This document shows positions 1 to 9,258 of a stretch of DNA of 64,000 nt, one piece after another (within the stretch, counting starts at the first letter, position 1; each line of letters starts with the position of its first letter). A program made the translations under genes and the position numbers. The notes beneath the pieces were generated by a model. That model did no database searches and was not told the origin of the DNA. It saw only the letters and a list, made by a program, of their open reading frames with translations. This stretch comes from an uncultured Verrucomicrobiae bacterium. Its GTDB lineage: Bacteria; Verrucomicrobiota; Verrucomicrobiia; Chthoniobacterales; Terrimicrobiaceae. The stretch is from positions 256,001 through 320,000 of the forward strand of contig CAVPOC010000008.1 in the NCBI GenBank assembly GCA_963706955.1, given 5' to 3'.

Positions 1-1688
1 TCGATACCTCGACCGACGACCCTCAAGGGAAGCGGGGCGTCAATATCGTGCTTAAATTAAACCCAAGCCAGCCAGATTTAACCGTGCCCCCCGCCGAGGG
101 TCCAACGGCTCCGCTGGGAGGGACTGCCGATTCGCGGGTGACGCTTTCCCTGACCAATGTGCCGCTGATCGAAGCGCTGCGCTACCTGACAGAACTCGCC
201 GGGCTTAAATACAAGATCGAGCCTTATGCCGTCTCGATCGTTCCGATCACCGAAAACACCACCGACCTGGTAACGAAAAAGTATCGGGTGCCGCCCGGCT
301 TTATCCCCGCTAGCCCGATCACGGGCGCTGAAATCCCGGCACCGGGTGCGCAACGCGACGAGGTTCTCGAGCCCCGTATCGGCAGCCGGACAAACGCCCT
401 TGAATACCTGCAATCCCAAGGGGTCACTTTCCCGACGGGCGCCTTCGCACAATACGTGCCGGCGAGCAGTGAACTCATTGTTCGTAATACGCCAGACGCC
501 ATTGATCTGATCGACTCGTTGGTGGACGCTGCCATCGGCGTCCAACCGACGCAGGTGGAAATAGAATCCAAATTCCTCGAGATCACCCAGAATAACGTTC
601 ACGAACTCGGGTTTGATTGGCTGCTTGGCCCGTTGGCGATCGGAAACACCGGCGCTTACGCCGCGGGCGGGACCCAGGGGTTTGGAACTGACTTCCTCCC
701 GACCTTCCCAAATCCAGCTAACTTTCCCTTTGTTGCTCCTGGAGGCGTTCCCGTCGGTCAAAATCCCGTGACCGGCGGTTTGCGATCCGGTTCCGGCTTC
801 GGCCCCAACGCCGCGATTACCGCGAATAGCATCGATGCGCTGCTCGGCACCACGGTTATCGGCACGGCGCCCGGCATCTTTGGTCTAGCCGGCGTATTCA
901 CGAACCCGCAATGGCAAGTTGTCATTCGGGCCTTGAGCCAGAAGAAAGGTGTCGATCTGATGTCGGCTCCAAAGGTTACCACCAAGAGTGGCCGCAAGGC
1001 GATCGTGCGTGTCGCTCGCGAATTTCCGTATCCAACCGAATTTAACGCACCGGAGCCGCCGCCGCCGAGCACGGTGAGCGGCACTGGCGACACCGTGGGT
1101 CCGCCGCCGGGAACCTTCGTGAGCCAGGGTATCGTTACTCCTTCTACCCCGACTGCGTTCGAGACGAGAAATCTTGGCGTGACCCTGGAAGTTGAGCCGA
1201 TTATTGGTCCCGATGGGTACACGATTGATCTGAATCTCTCGCCGGAGGTCGTCGAGTTCGACGGTTTCATCAACTACGGGTCCACGATCAACGGACCAAT
1301 TTTGACGCTGGGCCGGATCATCACTTCTACTGTCCTCACGCAAAACGTCATCAATCAGCCGATCTTTTCCACCCGGAAGGTCACCACGAGCGTAAGCATC
1401 TGGGATGGTCAAACCGTCGCCCTTGGAGGACTGGTGCGCGAGGACGTCCAAAAGGTCCAGGACAAAGTTCCCATCCTGGGAGACATCCCACTGGCCGGGC
1501 GCCTCTTCCGCTCCAATGTCGATCAAAAGATCAAGCGCAACCTGATTATCTTCGTGACCGCGCGCTTGATGGACGCGGAGGGAAGACCGGTGCGTCTGGA
1601 GGAAGATATCGAGGAAATTGTCGAGCCTTTGGGACTTCCCCAAGAGCTTCAACCCCCGGTCTACGAGAGTCCGACTTTCGGAAAGTAA
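1..1688 (+). CDS. Type II/III secretion-family secretin (GspD/PulD-like), 5'-truncated by the window edge
   Basis: Frame is open from nt 3. Secretin C-domain motifs QVEIESKFLEI, SAPKVTT, GVTLEVEP, DGQTVALGGL and KVPILGDIPLAGRLFRS. Confidence 0.9.
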   Translation, partial: DTSTDDPQGKRGVNIVLKLNPSQPDLTVPPAEGPTAPLGGTADSRVTLSLTNVPLIEALRYLTELAGLKYKIEPYAVSIVPITENTTDLVTKKYRVPPGFIPASPITGAEIPAPGAQRDEVLEPRIGSRTNALEYLQSQGVTFPTGAFAQYVPASSELIVRNTPDAIDLIDSLVDAAIGVQPTQVEIESKFLEITQNNVHELGFDWLLGPLAIGNTGAYAAGGTQGFGTDFLPTFPNPANFPFVAPGGVPVGQNPVTGGLRSGSGFGPNAAITANSIDALLGTTVIGTAPGIFGLAGVFTNPQWQVVIRALSQKKGVDLMSAPKVTTKSGRKAIVRVAREFPYPTEFNAPEPPPPSTVSGTGDTVGPPPGTFVSQGIVTPSTPTAFETRNLGVTLEVEPIIGPDGYTIDLNLSPEVVEFDGFINYGSTINGPILTLGRIITSTVLTQNVINQPIFSTRKVTTSVSIWDGQTVALGGLVREDVQKVQDKVPILGDIPLAGRLFRSNVDQKIKRNLIIFVTARLMDAEGRPVRLEEDIEEIVEPLGLPQELQPPVYESPTFGK

Positions 1689-1796
1689 CCAGAAGTAATG
1701 CCTGCGAGAACCGGAACGGCGCGTGCCGCACTGGCCCTAAGCTATTGACCCGTTGGACGGTCGCTCGCCAGCGGCAGGGTGGCGCCATCTGTTGCA

Positions 1797-2387
1797 ATGT
1801 CGATTTTGGGAATAACCGGCGGTATTGCCTCAGGAAAATCCACCTTTCGGGACCTCCTGGTTCAGCGCATCGGTGCCATCGCGTTCGATGCCGATGCTTG
1901 CGTGAGCGAACTGCTTGAAGAAGATGCCACTGTAAGAGAACAGATCTTGGAGCGCGTTCACCCGGATGCCTATCCCTCCCGAAGACCCAACCGGGCGCTT
2001 CTTCGAAAGCTCATCTATGGCGACCTTCATAAGAAGCGAGCGTTGGAAGATATCCTCCACCCGGTTGTTCGTGCTCGCTGGCTGACAGCGGCCCAAGAAG
2101 CCAAACTTGCCGGGAAGCCTTTCGTGGCAGATATTCCGCTTTTGTTCGAGACAGGTGCGGAAGCACAGTTCGATCGAATCATCACTGTCGGTTGTTCCGT
2201 TGAAATTCAACTTGCCCGCCTCTGTGCGCGGGACGCCCTGTCCCCCGAGATGTCGAAGAAAATCATTGCCTCGCAGATGCCGATTGAAATCAAAATCTTC
2301 AAAACCCATCACCTCATCTGGAACGACGGTTCCCTTGATGCTCTGACCGCTCAAGTAGAGCTTCTTTCCCGCTATTTGCATGACTGA
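1797..2387 (+). CDS. coaE: Dephospho-CoA kinase
   Basis: N-terminal LGITGGIASGKST P-loop, DAD, LEDILHPVV and DIPLLFE motifs. ATG at 1797 chosen as start. Confidence 0.95.
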   Translation: MSILGITGGIASGKSTFRDLLVQRIGAIAFDADACVSELLEEDATVREQILERVHPDAYPSRRPNRALLRKLIYGDLHKKRALEDILHPVVRARWLTAAQEAKLAGKPFVADIPLLFETGAEAQFDRIITVGCSVEIQLARLCARDALSPEMSKKIIASQMPIEIKIFKTHHLIWNDGSLDALTAQVELLSRYLHD

Positions 2388-3684
2388 GACGGTTGAAAAT
2401 CCACCTGAAAGGAGCGCGGTGGCGCAGCCCCTTCTTCTCAACGACCTTCATCGGCTGAGCCTGGAAAAACTGGCTCTTCGCGGAGCCGATCTCGGCATGC
2501 GTGCGCGCATGGAGAGTTCCCGCCCTCATATGGTGCTCGATCAGGCGCGCTTTCACCTGAGCCAAGGCGGTGTCGTCCTCGCTACAGGTTTTCTCGAGCT
2601 GACAGCTGATCACGGAGTGCTGCGGTGGCCCGCTTTCAGCCTCAAACCTGGACCCGATGACGTCCAGGTTCCTTCCTCTCTGCTTCGGCCACTCGACCTC
2701 CGACCAGGTTTGATGCTCCGCTGCGCGCTCCGGCTTCCACAGGAGCGCGAGCGCGGTCTGGTGGCCGAGTCAATCTTGGAAATTGAAGGAATTCCCGCTT
2801 CGCACTGGGAAACGCCACCGGATTTCGACAAGCTTACTCCGCTCTTTCCCAATCGGCGCATCTTTCTGGAAGCGGCTCAGGATCCTTCGATCAGCGCTCG
2901 CGCGGTGGATCTAATTGCGCCGCTGGGAATGGGCCAGCGCGGGTTAATCGTGGCTCCGCCGCGAGCTGGAAAGACGCTCATGCTGAAGTCCCTGGCCACC
3001 GCCATCCGCGCCAATCATCCCGACATAGTCTTGATGCTGCTATTGGTGGATGAACGCCCCGAGGAAGTGACTGATCTGCGTCGCGACCTGGACTGTGAAA
3101 TCTACAGCTCGACATTCGATGAACAGGTCAACCGCCACGTGCAAGTCTGCGAGGCCGTCGCCGAGCGCGCTAAGCGCCTCGTGGAACTTAGGAAAGATGT
3201 CGTGATCCTGCTCGACTCAATCACTCGCATGTCGCGTGGCTACAATAATCTCCAACCAAACAAAGGACGGATCATGAGCGGAGGCGTCGATTCGAAGGCG
3301 CTCGCCAGGCCGCGAAAATTCTTCGGATCCGCTCGCAACGTGGAGGAAGGAGGCAGCCTGACCATTCTCGCCACCGCCCTGGTGGAAACCCAAAGCCGGA
3401 TGGATGACCTGATTTTCGAGGAGTTCAAGGGCACCGGCAACATGGAAGTCCATCTGGATCGTTCCATTGCTGAGCAGCGTATTTTCCCGGCCATTCACAT
3501 TGTGAAATCGGGCACCAGACGCGAAGAGCTCCTTTACCACCCTGACGAATATGATCGCATCGTCCTCCTCCGGCGCCAACTCTCAGAACTTCCCGCCGCG
3601 GAAGCCATGGAGGTTTTGGCAAACAATCTCCAACACACAAAGTCGAACGCCGAGCTTCTGCTGACCGGCCTGCGCGGCCTCTAA
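2380..3684 (+). CDS. rho: Transcription termination factor Rho, with a divergent N-terminal RNA-binding domain
   Basis: [35 protein letters not shown] and [11 protein letters not shown] motifs. Overlaps the coaE stop. Confidence 0.95.
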   Translation: MTETVENPPERSAVAQPLLLNDLHRLSLEKLALRGADLGMRARMESSRPHMVLDQARFHLSQGGVVLATGFLELTADHGVLRWPAFSLKPGPDDVQVPSSLLRPLDLRPGLMLRCALRLPQERERGLVAESILEIEGIPASHWETPPDFDKLTPLFPNRRIFLEAAQDPSISARAVDLIAPLGMGQRGLIVAPPRAGKTLMLKSLATAIRANHPDIVLMLLLVDERPEEVTDLRRDLDCEIYSSTFDEQVNRHVQVCEAVAERAKRLVELRKDVVILLDSITRMSRGYNNLQPNKGRIMSGGVDSKALARPRKFFGSARNVEEGGSLTILATALVETQSRMDDLIFEEFKGTGNMEVHLDRSIAEQRIFPAIHIVKSGTRREELLYHPDEYDRIVLLRRQLSELPAAEAMEVLANNLQHTKSNAELLLTGLRGL

Positions 3685-3700
3685 GGACGACCTCGAGGTC

Positions 3701-3762
3701 TGTAGCGACCATGTCCTCATGGTCAAAGGGTTTTTGCCGGCGCTGGGGACAGCGCCGCTACA
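3701..3762. repeat. GTAG-type REP doublet (REPIN-like), inverted pair
   Basis: TGTAGC-GACCATG-TCCT-CATGGTC (3701-3724, +) faces TGTAGC-GGCGCTG-TCCC-CAGCGCC (3739-3762, -), between convergent genes. Confidence 0.75.
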
Positions 3763-3783
3763 ATGCACTTTCTTGCGACGAGG

Positions 3784-5910
3784 CTATTTTCGAGACCCGG
3801 CTCTCGCGACATCGTCGCGCCGCTTTTGAAATTGGAAGAGCCGCGCAGAGTGCTCCCGAGGGAGCGTGATAACGAGCTTGTCATTAGACCACGCGTAGTT
3901 GGGAGACTGCGCCTCGGGGTAGATGCCTTTGAAGGTCTGCTTGTTTGTCCCGGTGGGCAACATTATGCCTGCGCTGCGTCGTTCTCCTTCGAACCGCCAC
4001 ACCGCCAGATACCCGTTGGCTCCGCAATCGAGCCCAAAAGCTGCCCAACCGTCGCCAAAGCGCGGCAGGCCAAGCGGCCAAAAAGGAATGCCTCTAGGAA
4101 TGTCCGCTCGAATGCGCTTGTAGACGGCAATGCCCTCTTTGACCAATTGCAAGGCCGCCGAGGAAATTTCATGAAGGCATCCACTTTGATGGATTCGCAA
4201 AAGAAGCACGGTCACCATGTTAAAGATTGTCTCCTCTTCGTCGGCTTCTTTTAACGGATAGCTCCAGATGGCCGCCTGTTCCGGGGTCACTGCCGAGGCG
4301 CAAGCCGCAGCAATAATCGCATTGAGACGAAAATCTGTCTGATCGGAAACCGATTGGATGCTATGGATGGCCAGCTGGGCATAGTCCATGCGCAAGCCAC
4401 CGCTCGAACAATTCTCGATGATCAATTCAGGATGCCGCTCGAAGATATTTTTGATCCAATCCAGATAGGCGCGATTGTGCTCGAGCAACCCATCACCTGG
4501 CGAATCGCACGCCCTGTCTGTTCCGGGCCCTGCGTTGATGTTGTAATCCATCTTGATATAGCCAATGCCGAACTCGCGCAGAAGGCGTTCGATGATCCCG
4601 TCCGCATGGGTGCGCACTTCCGGGTTTCGAAAGTCGAGTTGATAGCGACCATGGTCGATCACTCGCTTTCCGTCCCGCAAGAAGAACCAACTGTCCGGAA
4701 GCTGACGCACAAGGGGGCAATTGATACCCATAACTTCGATCTCCAGCCAGAGACCGGGAATCATGCCTTTGGCACGGATGTATTGAATAACCTCGCTCAA
4801 TCCCGCCGGAAAGCGGGTTACTGACGGTTGCCACGCCCCGACAGATTCCCACCAGGTTTCGCCCAATTCAGCGTACCAGCCAGCATCAACAACAAAGTAC
4901 TCCGCACCCACTTCGGCGGCCTTGTCGATGATGGGCAGCAAAGCCTCGGTGGTTGGATTTCCCCAGAGACAATTCATGTAATCGTTAAAAATGACCGGGA
5001 GCGTCTCCATATCCCGATGAGGTCGACGCAGCCGCCTGCGCACGTGGGTAAGCGTTCCTAAGGCAGTTTGGAGGTCGCCCTTAACGTAGGTGAACGTTAC
5101 TGGCACGGAGGCGAACTTCCCTCCAGGGGCCAGCCTCTTGCTCCAAAGCCCATCGCGGTAGGTTGGACCAGAAACGCGCAGAACCAGCTCGTGCGCGAGA
5201 TCGCTGATTTCCCAAGACCAAGAGCCGTTGTGCTCGATCTGCCAGCAGAGCGTGGATCCCGCTTCGATGTTCTCCAAAGCCGCCAGTGGCAGATGCTCGA
5301 GCGAGGACCAGGTCCCCTGATTGGAAACGGCCACGCGCTTCAGAGAGAAACCGCTACCCGCCGGAGCTCGGTAAGCGGCGCTCAGGCCGAAATCGCGCAT
5401 CTTTCCCGAGCGCCATTGACACTCCGCGCACCACGAGTTATCGGCCACGTGAAGACGCATCTTTTCTTCCCAGGCGCCGCTGCCTCCGCAGGAAACGCCA
5501 AAGAGTGCGAGAGAACTCACGAACTCGAGGAGGACCTCGTTAGAGCCCACGTTCTCGACGACCGTCCAAGTTCGGCAGGCAGGTAGCCGCGCCAGGAATT
5601 GAAAATAAGAACTAACAATAAGTCCGCTCCCACTTTGTTTAATTTCCCAGAGAGATCCTAAATCGTTCCGAGAACTCGAATGGCTAAGATAGCGAAGGAG
5701 TCCGCCCGGATTTGTTCCCGAGCACTTATTGCCGTGATGGTCATGTTGATTGAATCCAGCGGCTTGGAGTTCAACCAGACGTGCCCAACGGCGCTTTGCC
5801 TCCGGAATTCTTGGCTCTGGAAAGAGAAGTTTGACGGGACCTTCCGGCGAAATGTCCAGACGAAGGTTGAGCGGCTTGTTTCCAATCTTGCAGAGGCGAG
5901 TGCGTGGCAT
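3784..5910 (-). CDS. Glycoside hydrolase family 36 alpha-galactosidase
   Basis: FNDY, YFVVDAGW, GLWLEIE, YIKMDYN (nucleophile), ENCSSGGLR and SDQTD motifs. Confidence 0.9.
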   Translation of the reverse strand: MPRTRLCKIGNKPLNLRLDISPEGPVKLLFPEPRIPEAKRRWARLVELQAAGFNQHDHHGNKCSGTNPGGLLRYLSHSSSRNDLGSLWEIKQSGSGLIVSSYFQFLARLPACRTWTVVENVGSNEVLLEFVSSLALFGVSCGGSGAWEEKMRLHVADNSWCAECQWRSGKMRDFGLSAAYRAPAGSGFSLKRVAVSNQGTWSSLEHLPLAALENIEAGSTLCWQIEHNGSWSWEISDLAHELVLRVSGPTYRDGLWSKRLAPGGKFASVPVTFTYVKGDLQTALGTLTHVRRRLRRPHRDMETLPVIFNDYMNCLWGNPTTEALLPIIDKAAEVGAEYFVVDAGWYAELGETWWESVGAWQPSVTRFPAGLSEVIQYIRAKGMIPGLWLEIEVMGINCPLVRQLPDSWFFLRDGKRVIDHGRYQLDFRNPEVRTHADGIIERLLREFGIGYIKMDYNINAGPGTDRACDSPGDGLLEHNRAYLDWIKNIFERHPELIIENCSSGGLRMDYAQLAIHSIQSVSDQTDFRLNAIIAAACASAVTPEQAAIWSYPLKEADEEETIFNMVTVLLLRIHQSGCLHEISSAALQLVKEGIAVYKRIRADIPRGIPFWPLGLPRFGDGWAAFGLDCGANGYLAVWRFEGERRSAGIMLPTGTNKQTFKGIYPEAQSPNYAWSNDKLVITLPREHSARLFQFQKRRDDVARAGSRK

Positions 5911-6004
5911 GAGGGTGTAAATGTCCGGCAGGGGTCGTTACCCGCTTTGTCTCTTGCCTGCACGAACATTTTCATCTCGGAGAGAGGTGATGTAGTCTCT
6001 TCTC

Positions 6005-6682
6005 ATGCGTCTGACGATCTATCAGCTCGAACACAGCCCATACTGCATACCCATTAGTCGAGCGCTGGGAGCTTTAGGGGTGGAATTTGACGAACGCAAC
6101 GTCGCCAACGGCGACCGCCGGGAGATCATCGAACTAACCAATGGCGCTTATTACCAGGTGCCGGTCCTCGCTCACAATGGGAAGGTTATCTTCGAAGCTT
6201 CGCCGACTTCCATCGATGTGGCGCGCTACGTGAATAAGACATTTGCTGACGGACGCCTCTTCCCGCCGGAATTTGAGGGTCTGCAAAGAATCGTAATTTC
6301 TTACATCGAGGACAACGTTGAGAGCGTCACCTTCAAGCTCGTCGATCCATTTTACCTTCGCGATATCGACGACCCGATCGAGCGGGCCATGATTCGAAGA
6401 CATAAGGAACGCAAGTTCGGCCCAGGATGCGAAGAGCACTGGCTGAGAGCGCACGACGCGTTGTTCAGCGAGGCCGAGCGCCTTCTCGAGCCTTTCGACA
6501 TCAGCCTCGCCAGGCAATCATTTCTGTTCGGTGATGCTCCGATCTACAGTGATTTCGCGCTCTTCGGAGTGCTCGGTAATATGACCTATCGCCACTACAA
6601 CTCGCTTCCGACTTCGTTAGCCAACCTGCACGCCTGGTTCGAAAAGATGCGCGGATTCAAGTTCGACGCCGCGCCAAATTAG
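6005..6682 (+). CDS. Glutathione S-transferase family protein
   Basis: N-terminal SPYC, QVPVL, and C-terminal FLFGDAPIYSDFALFG. Confidence 0.85.
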   Translation: MRLTIYQLEHSPYCIPISRALGALGVEFDERNVANGDRREIIELTNGAYYQVPVLAHNGKVIFEASPTSIDVARYVNKTFADGRLFPPEFEGLQRIVISYIEDNVESVTFKLVDPFYLRDIDDPIERAMIRRHKERKFGPGCEEHWLRAHDALFSEAERLLEPFDISLARQSFLFGDAPIYSDFALFGVLGNMTYRHYNSLPTSLANLHAWFEKMRGFKFDAAPN

Positions 6683-7757
6683 CGTTCTCGATCGCCACCG
6701 CAAAAGTCTCCTCCGGACGGACATCGAAGCAGAACTCGGCAAGCAGCCGCGCGAGCACGTCGAGGTCGGCCAAGTCGATCACTTCGACCGGTGAATGCAT
6801 GTAGCGGGTCGGCAAACCAATCGAGACAGTGGGAATGCCGCCACGTTGCACAAAGATGGCGTCGGCGTCGGTCCCCGAAAACCGTGGATTGACCTCATAC
6901 TGCAGGGGAAGTCCTTTGGCGGCAGCGACTGAACGCAACCGTTCAATCAAAACGGGATGGTTGGCACTGCCAATCCCAATCACCGGGCCACCTCCGAGCT
7001 TCACGTCGCCATGCTTCGTCTTCGAGCAGATCGGGATGTCGGTCGCATGGGCGACATCGACCACCAGGGCCACATCGGGACGCAAACTGTATCCCGCCAT
7101 CGCAGCGCCATAACGTCCATTCTCTTCCTGCACGGTTGAAACTGCTATCACGCTTGCGCTCAGCCGTTGCCGCTCGGCTGTCAGATGGCGCAGGGCCTCC
7201 GCCGCGGACCATGTTCCAATCCGATTGTCGCACGCGCGCGCGGCGACTCTGCCACCGGCAAGCTTGAAGACGTTGGCATCCTTGGTCACCGCGTCTCCGA
7301 TCTGGACCATCTGCTCGGCTTCCTTCCGCGAGTGCACCCCGATATCGATGAATACTTCATGAAATTCTGGCACTTTCTTCCGATCGTCGGATTCCTGCAG
7401 GTGGATCGCCAGATGGCCAGTTACCCCAGGAACCGGACCTTCTCGGCCATGCACAAAAACTCTCCGGCCACGCAGCATGGCCCGGTCCACACCGCCAATG
7501 CCTTTGAAATACAAGTATCCCTCTTCGCTGATATACGAGATCATCAAGCCGAGCTCGTCAGAATGCCCGACGATCGCAACCTTCGGCGATCCTCCGACGT
7601 TCAGTTCCGCGAAGACGTTTCCATATGCATCGCTCTCCACTTTGTCGGCAAATTGCCCGGCGTACGACGCCCACAAATTCTGACCACGAGTTTCAAAGCC
7701 GGAAGGGGAAGGTGTTTCCAGCAGTGCCTGGAGGAAATCAAAGGAAGCATCGCGCAT
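6657..7757 (-). CDS. M42 family (TET-like) metallo-aminopeptidase
   Basis: SPSGFE, GHSDELG, ACDNRIG, VQEE, VDV, GTDA and RYMHSPVE metal-ligand motifs. Confidence 0.92.
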   Translation of the reverse strand: MRDASFDFLQALLETPSPSGFETRGQNLWASYAGQFADKVESDAYGNVFAELNVGGSPKVAIVGHSDELGLMISYISEEGYLYFKGIGGVDRAMLRGRRVFVHGREGPVPGVTGHLAIHLQESDDRKKVPEFHEVFIDIGVHSRKEAEQMVQIGDAVTKDANVFKLAGGRVAARACDNRIGTWSAAEALRHLTAERQRLSASVIAVSTVQEENGRYGAAMAGYSLRPDVALVVDVAHATDIPICSKTKHGDVKLGGGPVIGIGSANHPVLIERLRSVAAAKGLPLQYEVNPRFSGTDADAIFVQRGGIPTVSIGLPTRYMHSPVEVIDLADLDVLARLLAEFCFDVRPEETFAVAIENANLARRRT

Positions 7758-7932
7758 AAGGGGCGAAAATTTTTGTCGAAAAAAATCGACGGCAGAAGCC
7801 GGGATTTTGCCTGATAGTAACTACAGATTGGGCGCTTCTACATGCTAGAAAATAGGGGATTTTTCATCGCCAAAACACCTAAATGGCGTAGCGAAATGAC
7901 TTTACTGAGGAACTGCGGGGCATCCTGGTAAA

Positions 7933-7979
7933 CCACAACATATTGTGGAACAATAAAAACTGTATACAATATATAGATT
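7933..7979. promoter_or_regulatory. Tandem NrdR boxes upstream of nrdB
   Basis: ccaCAACATATTGtgg (7933-7948) and ataCAATATATAGatt (7964-7979) match the acaCwAtATaTwGtgt consensus. They are 31 bp apart in an AT-rich patch. Confidence 0.85.
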
Positions 7980-8089
7980 TATATTGACTCAGAAGCTCGG
8001 GTCTCGCACTGTCTGTGAACCCTCGCAGAAAATGAGAAGGTGCGCGGGGAGAGAGACTCGAGACCCCCGCAAAAGAAGGAACTGAAAAC

Positions 8090-9178
8090 ATGGCCAGCAT
8101 CACAATCAGGCTCGGCGATCGCAACTTTGAACTGGATCGGCAAAAGGCGGAAACGGCTTACGCCGCGAAGAGGGTAATTAACGGCCGGCAGACGATGTTT
8201 TTCAACATTCTGCCGCTGAAATACCAGTGGGCCTACGGGCTCTACAAGACGATGAAGGCGAATCATTGGGAGCCCGAAGACATTCAAATGCAGAAAGACT
8301 GCGAGCAGTGGCGCGACCAGCGCGGGATTGCCGATATCGAGCGCTGGATTATCAAGATGGGCATTGGCTACTTTTCGGCAGCGGAAGGTATCGTCGGCGA
8401 CAACATTCTTCACGTCGTCCGGGAGGTTGTGACCGCGCCCGAGCTCAAGCTCGTGCTTGGACGTCATGCCCACGAGGAAAACATCCATGCCGACAGCCTC
8501 GTTTACATGATCAGCTCCTTGGGTATCAATCCGCACGAATGCGAGGCCATGTTCGAAGACATCGCCACCATCAAAGAAAAGACCGATTTTGTCGTAAACA
8601 ATAGTCGCAGCCTGCGGCGGGAGATCGATCTCACCAGAACCGATAGCAAGCAGGCTTTGGCGAAGAATATTTTTCTTTTCGGTCAGTGCATGGAAGGCAC
8701 GCAGTTTTATGGTCTTTTTGGAATGGTGCTGGCCCTCTACCGGCAGAATAAATTCCCCGGCATTGGGCAGATGTTTCGCTACACGCTGCGAGACGAATCA
8801 AATCACATTGAGCTTTTCCGCAAACTCTTCATCGAGCTCGTCGATGAAAATCCTGATGTCTGGAGGGAAGATTTCCGCCAGGATCTGCGCGCCACGATGG
8901 CCGAGGCCGTGCGCCTGGAAAAGCAGTTTATCAAGGACTGTCTGCCCGTGCATGCCGTCGGACTCACCACGGAGGAATTTCTCGCCTACATTGATTACAT
9001 CGGCGATCGCCGGCTGGAAGGCGTCGGCCTGCAGCCGCTCAATGGTCCGAGCTCGAATCCTCTGCCCTGGCTTGCCGAGCTGATGGACATGAAAAAAGAA
9101 GCCAATTTCTTCGAATCCAAAGTTACTGAATATCAAAAGAAGTCCTCGCTCGTCCACGTGTCGGATGACGAACTCTAG
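8090..9178 (+). CDS. nrdB: Ribonucleotide reductase class I beta subunit, class Ic (R2c)-like
   Basis: HWEPEDI, SAAE99, EE130NIH133, MEGTQFY, RDESNH and NFFE motifs. Leu137 sits at the radical-Tyr position. Confidence 0.93.
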   Translation: MASITIRLGDRNFELDRQKAETAYAAKRVINGRQTMFFNILPLKYQWAYGLYKTMKANHWEPEDIQMQKDCEQWRDQRGIADIERWIIKMGIGYFSAAEGIVGDNILHVVREVVTAPELKLVLGRHAHEENIHADSLVYMISSLGINPHECEAMFEDIATIKEKTDFVVNNSRSLRREIDLTRTDSKQALAKNIFLFGQCMEGTQFYGLFGMVLALYRQNKFPGIGQMFRYTLRDESNHIELFRKLFIELVDENPDVWREDFRQDLRATMAEAVRLEKQFIKDCLPVHAVGLTTEEFLAYIDYIGDRRLEGVGLQPLNGPSSNPLPWLAELMDMKKEANFFESKVTEYQKKSSLVHVSDDEL

Positions 9179-9258
9179 GCCTAAAGCCATTTTCTCCAGA
9201 TGCGTTTGAGCGATAGGAGTCGGTTCACATTCGGGCCACCAACCACGTAGAGAATCTC

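Noticed and set aside
7818..7833. Third NrdR-like box (CTACAGATTG)
   Set aside because: It has a mismatch at a conserved core position and no partner at 31-32 bp spacing.
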